DNA from: Eledone cirrhosa
Lineage: Eukaryota
DNA: 64,000 nt
Direction of reading: 5' to 3'
NCBI GenBank assembly: GCA_964016885.1
Contig: OZ024743.1
Location: forward strand, 197,656,001 to 197,720,000
Shown: piece by piece, positions 1 through 11,707 of the stretch
Layout of the letters: each line of letters begins with the position of its first letter
Position numbering within the stretch: position 1 is the first letter of the stretch
Program-made: the position numbers and the translations under genes
The notes under the pieces: model-generated
The model's database searches: none
The model's input: only the letters and a program-made list of their open reading frames with translations
Told to the model about the DNA's origin: nothing

Positions 1-135
1 AACACATATAAACACACACTAGTGAAGAAAGATAGAATACAAAAACGAAAACGAAAATGAATACACTGAAACATGAACTCACGCACCAAACATTAAACAC
101 ACACGCAAACGCATGCAGAGAGACAGAGACAAGAA

Positions 136-174
<39 letters not shown>

Positions 175-490
175 AAAATGGCGTAGACATTACAATACAA
201 TGGGAGGAAACATAATAGTACCACTGATGATGTTGTAGATGTGCGACGAAAGAAATTTGATAGACTATATATATATTTATATCTGTATTTTTAACCACTG
301 GTCAATCAATGATAAACATTGATTGTCAAATAAATTAACTATGGAGATATAAAGATACAGAAGCGAAAACCAACAAAACAATGAGTGTGTTCTGTTATTA
401 TTTCTGGCAATATTATAACAATATAACCCTCCCCAAGTATAACAATATTTGTTTTGACACACGATTTCATATCAAAAACCTTGCAACACA
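1..490 (+). mobile_element. 3' end/pLTR of a Penelope-like element, same family as 52613-56242
   Basis: Matches the reverse complement of 52613-53050 and the arm at 55856-56230 (e.g. gaagcgaaaaccaa, ccctccccaagtataacaatatttg). Contains a hammerhead-like core and ends in A-run/(TA)n. Confidence 0.8.
215..267 (+). ncRNA. Degenerate minimal hammerhead ribozyme
   Basis: CTGATGA (224-230), stem II gttgta-gatg-tgcgac, GAAA (248-251). Stems I and III are eroded. Confidence 0.55.
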
Positions 491-501
491 AAAAAAAAAA
501 G

Positions 502-532
<31 letters not shown>

Positions 533-693
533 GATAAATCTATCAAATCCTCTGATAATTTGTAATATTTTTACATAGATCTATATGATATACATACCAA
601 CACACATATACATCATCCCAGAAACGATAGTAAAATGATGAATTTTTTAATATAAGGAATTTGTTCTTTGTTTTTATTTCATTGTTTTTATCA

Positions 694-731
<38 letters not shown>

Positions 732-736
<5 letters not shown>

Positions 737-860
737 GAAGGAAGTGTGGTAAGGAACCAGGTGGACCCTAACGTACCAGAGTACTCAATACTTAGGGTAG
801 TAGAGTGGGTAATATTTCCAGAAATAGCCGTCGAAACGGCTTGAGCTCTGCCATCGAGGT
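732..860. mobile_element. Mini PLE remnant (tail plus inverted half-hammerhead) in (TA)n
   Basis: Homologous to 43878-44078 and 33753-33812. GAAA-cggc...gcca-TC is the 3' half of a hammerhead. Flanked by (TA)n on both sides. Confidence 0.6.
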
Positions 861-1177
861 CTATATATATATAAATTCAGGAAAGAGGGCTGAATAACCA
901 TTATCCAGTCATGCATGTAAATTCCGATTTAAGTAGAACGTGTTTATTCTGAAGTTTACTGATTAACTCATGGTACTGTCATAAAGTCAAGTATACTTTC
1001 CACATAACTGCTGTCAACCAAAAATTAAAACACACACACATATATAATACATACATGGTTGTGCATATATATAGGAATAAAACATAACTCTAACACACAC
1101 AAATACACATGTACACACATATAAATATAGAAACGCACTTACACGCAACACGCATGCACGTAGACTTACGATTAAGA

Positions 1178-1405
1178 AGGGCGGTGAATTGGCAGTATCG
1201 GTAGAGCGTCGGGCAACATGCTTTGCAGCACATAGTTACGGCACTTTACGTTCTGAGTTCAAATCCCGCCGAGGTTAACTTTGCCTTTCATCTTTCCGGG
1301 GTCGATAAAATAAAGCACCAGTAATGCACTGGGATCAATTTAATCCACTTTCCCCTACTCTTCAAATTGCTGGCCTTGTGCCTAAAGTAGAATTAATTAT
1401 ATTAG
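1178..1405 (+). mobile_element. tRNA-derived SINE, full length
   Basis: A-box-like tggcagtatcgg, B-box gagttcaaatccc, central gcctttcatc...ggggtcgataaaataaag domain, (TAT)n tail. At least 8 related copies in the window. Confidence 0.9.
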
Positions 1406-1624
1406 CGATAAGAATGAATAATCCATAGAGGAAACGAGAATATTTCTTTCTACAAGAGTTTAGCAAAGAGCTCAGTAAAGGAGAAGAAAAATCCAAATTT
1501 TAGGGAGATAAAATAAAAATATAAATTTGTTTAAACAGAATGACACGTGGAAAATAAATCAAAGTATATACATATTCAATATATCCTTAATATATATATA
1601 CCTTAATTTATCTTTTACACTTAA

Positions 1625-1665
<41 letters not shown>

Positions 1666-1753
1666 TATTTATCTTAATTTATCTTTTATATTTAATCTAC
1701 ACACACATATACATATATTATATATATATTATATTATATATATATATTACATA

Positions 1754-1811
<58 letters not shown>

Positions 1812-1960
1812 AATATATATATTCATTCATTCATACATAAACTTACCCACCTACCTAGGTACCAACCTACATCCCTACCTACATACATACAAGCATACAT
1901 ACACACATACATACAAACATAATACATACATACATACATAAATATATACATACATACATA

Positions 1961-2019
1961 CATGATGGCTGCCCCCTCGTTATCGAGTATGGCCATTGCA
2001 CAATAAAAAAAAAAAAAAA

Positions 2020-2085
<66 letters not shown>

Positions 2086-2115
2086 AAAAAAAAAAAAAAA
2101 AAAAAAAAGGAAAAA

Positions 2116-2148
<33 letters not shown>

Positions 2149-2270
2149 TATACATATATATATATATACACATATATATACACACACACATACATACACA
2201 TACATACATATATACACACACACATACATACACATACACTCACACATATATACACACATACATTAATAAC

Positions 2271-2322
<52 letters not shown>

Positions 2323-2401
2323 GCAATAATAATAATAACGACAACAACAATAATAATATACATATTCATATATATATACACACACACGCACGCACATAAG
2401 C

Positions 2402-2439
<38 letters not shown>

Positions 2440-5400
2440 GATAGCAACTAACAGTGCTGCGATCGAATGTGGCTTTTTAGCCCAGCCAATGATCTAAAAT
2501 GTCTTGCACAGAGTCGGCAACCAAAACATTTACTGGGAATAGTCGGATGTGGTTGGAGTTCGTGTACTTTTGCATGTCGCTTGAGTCCTCCTGCTGATTT
2601 ACATTCTCTACCACATGTTTGGCAAGCATGATGAGTAGCATCTCCAACAGCAGCCTGGTAGTCAACCACTGGTCTTACTTTATGACTGCGAAGATGACTT
2701 TCGAGTCCAGCTTTGCTTAGGCAGAGTCTCGCACAGACGCTGCATGTCAGAAACATAGGAGGACCCTCGCCGTCTGGAAGTGCAACAGCAATACCCTTCC
2801 TCACGTCCCGCTTTACTTTCTCGTGTGCGATTCGAGATGCCTCAAAGGCAACTTTTCCCTCATATACAGTCTTTCTCCATTTATTACGATCAGCAGCAAT
2901 ATTTTCCCATGTATCAGCAGAGATGTTAGCGTCTTTCAGAGAGGCTTTCAAGGAATCCTTATACCTCTTTTTTGGTTTATGTGGCGGTCGTTTTCCTTTA
3001 ACCAACTCTCCATAGAAGAGTTGTTTTGGTATTCTAGAATCCTTCATCCTGGCAAGGTGACCACTCCAACGGAGTCGCTGCTTAAACACAAGAGCTTCTA
3101 TACTGTCACACATAGAGCTTTCCAAAATCTCGACATCACTGATGTGGTCCCTCCAGCGAACGCCATGTATCCGTCTGAGACACATCTGATGGAAACGCTC
3201 CAATTGCTCAAGGTGGCGTCGATATGTGACCCAGGTCTCGCAGGCATAAAGAAGACAAGAGAGTACACATGCCCTGTACACCTTTACCTTTGTCCTCCTG
3301 CATATGTCTCGCCGACCCCAGAGTCGCCTTTCTAGCTTTCCGAAAGCATCACTTGCTTTCCTAATCCTAAGTGAGATTTCACCGTCAAGGTTGCCGTATC
3401 GATTGACAGTGCTTCCCAGGTAGACAAACTGATCAACCACTCCAAGTCGTTTGCCATACACATAGATGTTTGGTTCAGTGTACTGCCTACCAGGTGCAGG
3501 TTGGTACATGACGACGGTTTTCTTGAGACTGACAGTCAAACCCAGGGCAGTGCAAGCGTCAGAAAATACATTCAAAATGTGCTGCATATCACTCTCTGTG
3601 TGCGCTACAAGATCGCAATCATCTGCATACAAGAGGTCTCTTATGACTGATGTAAATACTTTTGTCTTCGCAGCAAAGCGCCTGATGTTAAATATGCTGC
3701 CTGAGGTTCGATATCGGATGTAAACACCATGCTCGCAATTCCTGAATGCAACACAGAAAACCATTGCAAAGTATATGGCAAACAGGGTCGGTGCTGGAAT
3801 ATCCCCCTGTTTCACTCCATTTTTTACTGAGATAGGCTCCGACATGTTACCTCCGACATTAACCCAAGCCTTCATGTCGTCATGGAAATACCTAACTAAA
3901 GCAAGGAACTTATCAGGGCAACCAAGTTTCTGGAGAACCTTCCATAATGCATCTCTGTTGACAGTATCGAAAGCCTTTGTCAGATCGACAAAAACCTGAT
4001 ACAGATCCAAGCCCTGTTCAATGCACTTCTCCTGGAGCTGTCTAGCTGAGAAGATCATATCAGTAGTGCCGCGTCCAACACGAAAACCAGATTGACTTTC
4101 AGGAAGGACACAATCTGCAATGTGTGTCAGCAGACGGTCCAGAAGCACCCTACATAAAACTTTCCCCACGACAGAAAGCAATGATATACCTCTGTAGTTC
4201 CCACAATCATTCCTGTTACCCTTACCCTTGTACAAGACCACCATTACTGCATCTCTCCAGTCCTCAGGCACGGATTCATTAGCCCATATCCTTCCAAACA
4301 GAGAGTGAAGATGTTGCAGGAGTCTCTCACCACCATATTGTAGGAGCTCAGCATGTATGCCATCCATACCTGGAGATCTTCCACTGTTCAGCTTCGAAAT
4401 AGCCACTGCAACCTCCACAAGTGTCGGAGGTTCTGCGAGAGCTACTTTCACAGGACTTTCCGGAATGAGATTGAGGAAATCTTCACTGACGACAGACGGC
4501 TGATTCAAAAGATCATCAAAGTGCTCTCGCCACCTTCGTAGAATTCCCTGTGAGTCACGAAGAAGTTCTTTGCCATCCTTGCTGCGAATCGGTGTCACCA
4601 GAGAAGAAGACGGTCCATAAACCTCACGCAAGAGACTGTACAACAGCTTTGTGTTATTGCAATCAGACGCAGTTTGTATCTCACCAGCCTTCTCACTCCA
4701 CCACTGATCCTTCATCTGAGAAAGACTCCGCCTAACACGTGATTTTACATCCCTGAGCTCCTCATGCAACGTATTCCTCTCCTGTGGTTTTGCCGTCAAG
4801 TAGCGTGACAGAGCGCGCCTCTTATCAGCCAACAAGTCATCTATATGCACATCTTTCTCATTAAACCAGTCCTGATGTTTTCTCTGCACCAATCCCAGAA
4901 CACGTCTGCCTACATCATAAACCGACTTTTTAAGGGTCGGCCAATCCTCACCAAGATCTGCAGCCTGCATCTCTTCTTCCAATGTCCTCTTCACATTTTT
5001 ATCCTTAAGACGAGCAGCATTCAATCTTTTGGGCAGGGCAACACCAGGAGCCCGGATTTTACGTTTGGTGATTAGATTCACTTTTGCGCGTACCAGGCGG
5101 TGGTCCGTCCAGCACTCAGCTCCACGAAGAACTCGAACACACTGCACATCCTGTCTGTCACGCATCCTGACTAGGACGTAGTCCAAAAGATGCCATTCCT
5201 TAGATGCAGGATGCATCCATGTGGTCTTGAATTTGTTCTTTTGTTGGAACATGGTGTTGGTAACACACAGATCCAGCTCCTCACACATCTGCAGCAAGAG
5301 CATACCATTGCTGTTACACTTTCCCACCCCATGCCTTCCGATTACATTCCATGTGTTAAAATCCCTACCCACTCTAGCATTAAAGTCACCAAGCACGATG

Positions 5401-6040
5401 ACTTTGTCTGCCTGAGGGATATTTCTTAAAACACCTTTCAAGGCATGGTAAAAGGACAGTTTTTCTTCATCGACAGAATTCATAGTTGGAGCATACACAC
5501 TCACCAGGGTAGCATATCTTCCCTTGTCCAGCGGAACTCTCATGGACATAAGACGCTCACTAATCCCCACTGGGAATTCTTCTAATTTATTCACCAGTAC
5601 AGTCTTAACAGCAAATCCTACCCCAGCCTCTCTTCTGGTTCCTTCATCTCTTCCTTTCCAGAAGAATGTATATTCTCCACAAAATTCCGTAAGATGACCA
5701 TCTCCAGCTAACCTCGTCTCAGACAAAGCCACGATGTCAAGATCGTAACGTCGAAGCTCCTTTGCAACAAGAGCGGTCCTTCGTTCAGGACGCTCCAAAG
5801 AATCCCTGTCAAGCAGCGTCCGTACGTTCCAGCAGCCAAGACTAAATGCCCTGTTTGGCTCTATTACAATGGCACGATGACGGGCGGGCCCAGGTTGTGA
5901 TAACTTGGGGCCCCTGCCCTTATTGCCAATGATCTTTTTTTGTTCCAGAACCCAAATTGGCAATTATCTCGTTTACATTGTTCTGGAACATCATTGAATT
6001 GGAAAAAAAAAAAAAAAAGAAAAAAAAAAAAGTAATAATA

Positions 6041-6075
<35 letters not shown>

Positions 6076-6380
6076 ACACTATTAATAATTATTAATGCAC
6101 TCGTGCAATGCCTGTGCGTGACGAATATTTTTAAAGTGAGGAAAGACTGTGCACTGAACCAATCCCACTCTCTGAGCGACAGTAGCTATAACCCGAAAAG
6201 AAGAAAAGATCAACATCATCGGTAACTACTGAGCCGCAGGTTTTATATCGGAGTTAACCCAGTTTCCTGAGATGCCTTCTCCTAGAAGAATACCCTGACA
6301 TGGGCTAGGGGTTCTTCACTCCCAGTGGTTTAACTGCGCGATCGGGCATTCAGCCCGATTATTTCTATGTCCCCGCGCAA
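1961..6380 (-). mobile_element. RTE-clade LINE, near full length
   Basis: Single APE-RT ORF. The 5' UTR segment (6100-6350) is shared with 37927-38165. The 3' tail tggccatactcgataacgagggggcagccatc runs into (ATGT)n. Confidence 0.95.
2448..5963 (-). CDS. RTE ORF: AP endonuclease + reverse transcriptase + three C-terminal C2H2 zinc fingers (1171 aa, uninterrupted)
   Basis: WNVRTL, LSETR, GDFNARVG, TDHRLV (APE); DLTKAFD, GVKQG, YADD (RT); CSVC..HLRSH, CQTC..HAKVH, CRLC..HIRSQH. No in-frame ATG at the start. Confidence 0.95.
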   Translation of the reverse strand: MPIWVLEQKKIIGNKGRGPKLSQPGPARHRAIVIEPNRAFSLGCWNVRTLLDRDSLERPERRTALVAKELRRYDLDIVALSETRLAGDGHLTEFCGEYTFFWKGRDEGTRREAGVGFAVKTVLVNKLEEFPVGISERLMSMRVPLDKGRYATLVSVYAPTMNSVDEEKLSFYHALKGVLRNIPQADKVIVLGDFNARVGRDFNTWNVIGRHGVGKCNSNGMLLLQMCEELDLCVTNTMFQQKNKFKTTWMHPASKEWHLLDYVLVRMRDRQDVQCVRVLRGAECWTDHRLVRAKVNLITKRKIRAPGVALPKRLNAARLKDKNVKRTLEEEMQAADLGEDWPTLKKSVYDVGRRVLGLVQRKHQDWFNEKDVHIDDLLADKRRALSRYLTAKPQERNTLHEELRDVKSRVRRSLSQMKDQWWSEKAGEIQTASDCNNTKLLYSLLREVYGPSSSLVTPIRSKDGKELLRDSQGILRRWREHFDDLLNQPSVVSEDFLNLIPESPVKVALAEPPTLVEVAVAISKLNSGRSPGMDGIHAELLQYGGERLLQHLHSLFGRIWANESVPEDWRDAVMVVLYKGKGNRNDCGNYRGISLLSVVGKVLCRVLLDRLLTHIADCVLPESQSGFRVGRGTTDMIFSARQLQEKCIEQGLDLYQVFVDLTKAFDTVNRDALWKVLQKLGCPDKFLALVRYFHDDMKAWVNVGGNMSEPISVKNGVKQGDIPAPTLFAIYFAMVFCVAFRNCEHGVYIRYRTSGSIFNIRRFAAKTKVFTSVIRDLLYADDCDLVAHTESDMQHILNVFSDACTALGLTVSLKKTVVMYQPAPGRQYTEPNIYVYGKRLGVVDQFVYLGSTVNRYGNLDGEISLRIRKASDAFGKLERRLWGRRDICRRTKVKVYRACVLSCLLYACETWVTYRRHLEQLERFHQMCLRRIHGVRWRDHISDVEILESSMCDSIEALVFKQRLRWSGHLARMKDSRIPKQLFYGELVKGKRPPHKPKKRYKDSLKASLKDANISADTWENIAADRNKWRKTVYEGKVAFEASRIAHEKVKRDVRKGIAVALPDGEGPPMFLTCSVCARLCLSKAGLESHLRSHKVRPVVDYQAAVGDATHHACQTCGRECKSAGGLKRHAKVHELQPHPTIPSKCFGCRLCARHFRSLAGLKSHIRSQHC

Positions 6381-7061
6381 AAAAAAAAAAAAAAAAAAAA
6401 AAAAATTACTTATTGACACTTATACGTACGACATACACACACACGCATACATATGCGTGCACACAGCAACACTCACACACACAACAAACACACACACACG
6501 CTACTCTACTCACTTACACGCACACACACACATATATATACATACATACATACATACATACATACATACATACATACATACATACATACATACATACATA
6601 CATACATACATAATTATCTACATATAACAACAGGAAAACCAAAAAATAATCACGTTGAAGTAATAATAAGTAGCAATAATGAGGAAACGACGTTTCATTA
6701 GTCGGTTAGGTTGGCTGCCCTCCCTTTGCTCTTAGCCGCTGCCTCGTAAGATAAGCGCAGCGTATCTTGGAACATTTATGTTTCGAGATGAATGGTAAAG
6801 AACGACAAGTCAACATAGGAAGCTAGATTTATGATGCACCGTAGCCTGACTAAGGTTTGAAATAAGGGAATGAATTATGACTATCGCTTCGTGGAACTGA
6901 TAGCAGAGACGATAAAACCGCTAGTCAGTAAACAGGCATAATTTCCCCTTCAAAATATAACATAGAAAATAGAGAAAAATTTAAGCGGGGTGGGAGCTTC
7001 ACAGTGGCTTTATTTATATTAATACTGTATGTAACAGGTATCTATCTGTGTATGTAAGTAC

Positions 7062-7106
<45 letters not shown>

Positions 7107-7124
7107 CGCCACACACACACATAT

Positions 7125-7172
<48 letters not shown>

Positions 7173-7187
7173 TATATATATATACAT

Positions 7188-7255
<68 letters not shown>

Positions 7256-7709
7256 TTATGTATATATATGCATGTTTATCAATACTCTCACAAAGAAAAA
7301 TATATTCACATAAATGCACACATATACACACATATACCCACATGCATACACAGATATAAATAAATTACACACACACACACGCACGCATACACACACAAAT
7401 ATATATATATATAGTACCCATGTATAAAGGCTGTGTCGCCAGGAAGTTCGCTTCGTAGCCATTTGCTTGCGAGTTTAATTTCACATCATGTCAAGTGTCC
7501 TTTAATATAACGTGTCAGACAAATCTCTTTTGTACCTAATTAGGTAGACCGAAACCCTGTGGAAGCCTGTGCTTCGGCAGGGAAAACTCCGAATCTCGAG
7601 TCCTTTTATGTCAAATATGTACTGGGTTGCATATTTTTGAGTACAATCATCACCTCTGGTATCCCAGCAGAGCCGCAGTCTAATGCTTAAGATTGATTAC
7701 AAAAATATA

Positions 7710-7807
7710 TGTATGCATGTATGTATGTATGTATGTATGTATGTATGTATGTATGTATGTATGTATGTATGTATGTATGTATGTATGTATGTATGTATGT
7801 ATGTATG
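7710..7807. repeat. (TATG)n microsatellite at the 3' junction of the R4-like stack
   Basis: Direct reading. Confidence 0.95.
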
Positions 7808-8265
7808 TTCTTCTGGTTTTATAATTTCACAAAGTTTTACCAATAGAGAGAGAGTCAGTTTCTAACATAGACACAAGACTCTCTCATTGGAATTTACACA
7901 ACATCAACTAGGTAGATATGTATGTATGTATGCATGCATGTGTAGATATGGATGTTATTGTGTGCATGTGTATATGCTTTGTATCTGTACATGTGTATAT
8001 GCAGTTATTAGATGCAACATTTTTGGAATGTTTTACATATTTTTACTGTTCCATTAATGGATTGTACTTGTAATTTCCTAACTAGTTGTGTTCTTTCTGT
8101 TCCTGTGAAGCCTAGCTTCTCAAGATTTGTATTGAGACAGTTACTAACATATTCCAGTGCCCCAATAATCACAGGCACAAATCTGAAGGTGTAATCAGGG
8201 TGGAGTATCTGCAGATTTCTCATCAGTTCTGCATAAATATTCTCCTTTTCACTAATCTTTGATAT
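7808..8265 (-). mobile_element. 5'-truncated 3' end of a second R4/Dong-like RLE family
   Basis: KISEKENIYAELMRNLQILHPDYTFRFVPVIIGA is homologous to but diverged from the C-terminus of 8350-8904. Its distinct 3' UTR ends ...agaagaa(cata)n. Confidence 0.85.
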
Positions 8266-11200
8266 ATGTTTTCTCTTTCTCTTAATTTCGGGTATATTTT
8301 TTTGACCGGCCACCTTCCTGGTGGCAAGGTTGTAAAAGAAAAGAAATTGTCATCCCTTGAATCGCAAGAATGTTTTGCAAATTTTGAAGGTGCCAGCTAT
8401 CGCAGCCATTTGTAGACTATGAATTAGGGAGCTGCGCTTTTTGTCCGCAAATCCAAGTTCAGTCATACTTTGGTCCAAGCGGGTTGGTATATAACCCGTA
8501 GCACCAATAATGATGGGTATGAAGCTAAAGGTGTATCTTGGATACTGGATTTGTAAATTCCTCATCAATGGTCCGTAGATGTCCTCCTTCTCCGGTATTT
8601 TTCTGACAACGTTTACATCAAGTGGGCAGCTGATCTCCACAACAGAACACGTTTTCAATGTGTGGTCCCAAACTACAATATCAGGCCGGTTGTGCTTTAA
8701 TTTGGTGGCAGTTTTTATTTTCAGGTTCCACCAGTATTCCTTAGTGACATCTGTCTCAATATATTCTTCCTCGTTTGTTGTTAATTTTGTTTTCCGAAGT
8801 GCGTTCCAGATGGTTCTAGCTATCCCATCGTGTCTCATGGGGAGGTAGTAGCGTACATTCTTTCGCAGCTGGTAGTAGGTACATTCTTTCGCAGCTGGCA
8901 ACAATGTGGCTTACATCCTCGATCTTTGTTTTACATAGCCTACATTTATTGTCAGCTGCTGGCTCTCCTCGTTTGTGCAGCAGATATTTGGTAGGGAGTT
9001 CTTGTTCCTGTATTGCACAGAGATATCCCTCAAGGTGTGATATCATAAACTTGTCGGAACTCCATGCCAGGCTTTTTGAGTGGTTTATCCCCTCTATGGT
9101 CTGTGTTTTACGCCTCAAGTATCCATGCACAACTTTTTCTGTAAATTGGTCAATTTTTTTATCTTGTTTGAACATTGAATAGGATCTTCCGATTTCTCTG
9201 GGTGAGAGATTTATATCAGGCTTTATTCCATATCTCTCCTCCAGATCAGTCGCTATTCTAATGATATTTCTTTTTTCATGCTCATAAACCTGGGCAAGAT
9301 GGTTGCCAACCTTTTTCCTCTGTTGAAGGTGTTGCTTCAGTGTTACTATCCGGGTCTCAAATGTTGTTAATATTGACTTTAGACCCCGGCCACCTTCCTT
9401 GCGTGAGAAGTATAGCCTATCCACATCACCATTGATGTTAAAGTTCCCAGTAACACTGAGAAGTTTTCGAGTTCTAACATCCATCTCACTTAGTTCTTGC
9501 AATGACCAGTTCAGTAGGCCAAATGTTGGCGTTAGAATTGGCACAGCATAAGTATTGTGGGCAATGTATTTGTTGTATGCTGACAGTTCTGATGACCATA
9601 TTTTCTTTACTCTTCTGAGGTATTCAGTTCTGGTTCTCTCCTTATTTATGGGTCCATCATATCTGACATTCTCATCCTGTCCAAGATATCTGTAGTTGTC
9701 ACCTGACTGCAGAGGTTGTATTGTCAGGCCGTTCATCTCTAGATTTCTGGAGGAGGGCACAGCTCTTCCACGTTTTACTGCCAAATATGCACACTTGGAC
9801 TCACCAAATTTCATTTTGATGTCGGTTGAAAATTGTGTAATGAGGTCCAATTGTTTCTTGATGTCATTGATATTTGGCCCATACAACTTCAGGTCATCAA
9901 CAAAGAAAAGATGGGAGATACTTCTGGGCCCACTTCTTTGTCCACCTTGTTTCCTAAGTAGGTAAGATAGTGGATTCAGTGAGAGAACGAAGAGTAGCAC
10001 TGACAAGCTATCACCCTGAAAGATGCCCTTCTGGTAATGTATCTTATCAGTCTTAACCTGCTCCTTCTCACCTCTAAGGATCAAATTGGTGTACCAGATC
10101 TTGGTCAGGCGTTCAACAGCAGCTACCAATGGTTGTGGGACTTTAGCTAACTGTAAAGCCTTAATAATCCACCCATGAGGTACACTATCAAATGCTTTTT
10201 GATAGTCCAGCCACACGACAGTCATGTTTCTGCGATTCTTTGTTGTTTTTTCCTGAATCATTTTGTTAGTTAGTAGGTGATCTATGCAACCCCACACCTC
10301 CCTCTTTCCACCAGCTTGCTCAGGTGTTATGATGTTGTTGGTAGCACAGTGATCCTGTAAGAACAGGTTAAGGCACCCAGTATATAATTTATACATGATG
10401 TTTTGGCAGGCAATTGGGCGGTAAGTTTTAGCAAGGGTGGTTTGGCTATTTTGGGGAATGAGGAGAGTAGTGGCATTTGATAACCATCTGGGCAGTTCTT
10501 GTGTGCCCTTAATGGTTTCTGTAAACAACCGTATGAGATCTTGCCGATAGAAAGTGAAATTCTTCAACCAGTATCCTGTAATGAGGTCTGGGCCTGGCGA
10601 TTTCCTATTCGACATTTTCTGTAGAGCTGTTTCCAGTATTGACCCATCTATGTCATATTGTTTTGTCTGAACATGTTGGCAGTAGTCCTGTTCCAGTTCT
10701 TTTAGCCAATTAGCTTGTCTGTTGAATCCGTCATCCGTTTCCCATACAGATCTCCAGTAGCTCTCAACCTGTTCTTTTGAACGGGTGTCGTTTACAGGGA
10801 TTGAGCTTTTGCCACCGAAGCTGCGATAAACTGATTTAGGATCTCTGGCAAACAATCTATTTAGCACTTGTCGTTTATGTGCTGTTGACTTATATTTTAG
10901 TCTTTCTGTTGTAGCTGTGAGTTGTTGTTTCAACTGGTGTAATTTGGAGTTCAAAGTTTTAAATTTTGTATCTACAAATCGTCTCTCTAACTTTTTCTTT
11001 AGGTCTTCCTGGTGTCGTGTGAAGTTGCTCTCTATGTTGCATTTCATAACGACTGCGATGTGTGAGATACTTCGTCTCAGGGACAAAATTTTGGTTTTTA
11101 AATTTCGCATCCACACTGGTTCAGGCTTTCTGTTTGTATCTTGATTGCATGGTTTTAGATGTGTGTTATATGATAGCAATGTGACAGCTGAAACATATAA

Positions 11201-11627
11201 CAAAACATTAAGCGTTTCAAATGTCGTTTCTACACCTTTAGATCGTATAGCCTTCAGATAATTGCCAGCTATTTCGTTCACCGCTTCCAATTCCAATTTA
11301 GTGGGTTCTTTACCGACTCTAGTGTTGTATGGTCTGTCACTCACATTAAGGCTGTGTATCTCTTGAAACATATCGTTCCATATCACTTGTAGGGTGCCCA
11401 CAAGTTTTTGGTGCTCTGTTTGTTCAGTAGAGTCATGAATTTCAACCTCGTTGTTGATGTGGTGACAATTACTACTAGAGTCAGCTGACCTTTCTCGCTG
11501 TTCTTCAGTGGAAGTGGGATGGATTTCAGCAAAATTGTTGGTGAGCTGTTCACTGTTAGATTTAGCTGGCCATTCTCTTTGTCTGTCAGTGGAGGTGGGG
11601 TGGTTGTCTACAAGGGCTGTATTTGTA
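8266..11627 (-). mobile_element. R4/Dong-like restriction-like-endonuclease non-LTR retrotransposon, 5' truncated
   Basis: RT followed by a CCHC knuckle and RHD/RPD/E..K endonuclease motifs. The 5' end abuts (CATA)n and the 3' UTR ends ...gaaaacata. Confidence 0.88.
8350..11401 (-). pseudogene. RT-RLE polyprotein with a frameshift at about 8853-8898
   Basis: DYQKAFDSVPH, GIFQGDSLS, FVDDLKLY, CRLC...HIVASC, then MRHD, NRPDIVV, EISCP in another frame. A 26-bp-period duplication lies at the break. Confidence 0.9.
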
Positions 11628-11707
11628 GTATGTATGTATGTATGTATGTATGTATGTATGTATGTATGTATGTATGTATGTATGTATGTATGTATGTATG
11701 TATGTAT

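Noticed and set aside
1178-1270. tRNA gene
   Set aside because: A/B boxes belong to a SINE head; no cloverleaf, and it continues into the SINE body.
1527-2387. Many ORFs of YI/YVCM/HT/poly-I type here and throughout the window
   Set aside because: Translations of stop-free microsatellites.
7600-7710. Possible third R4-like 3' remnant (TAALLG-like)
   Set aside because: Too short and degenerate to support.
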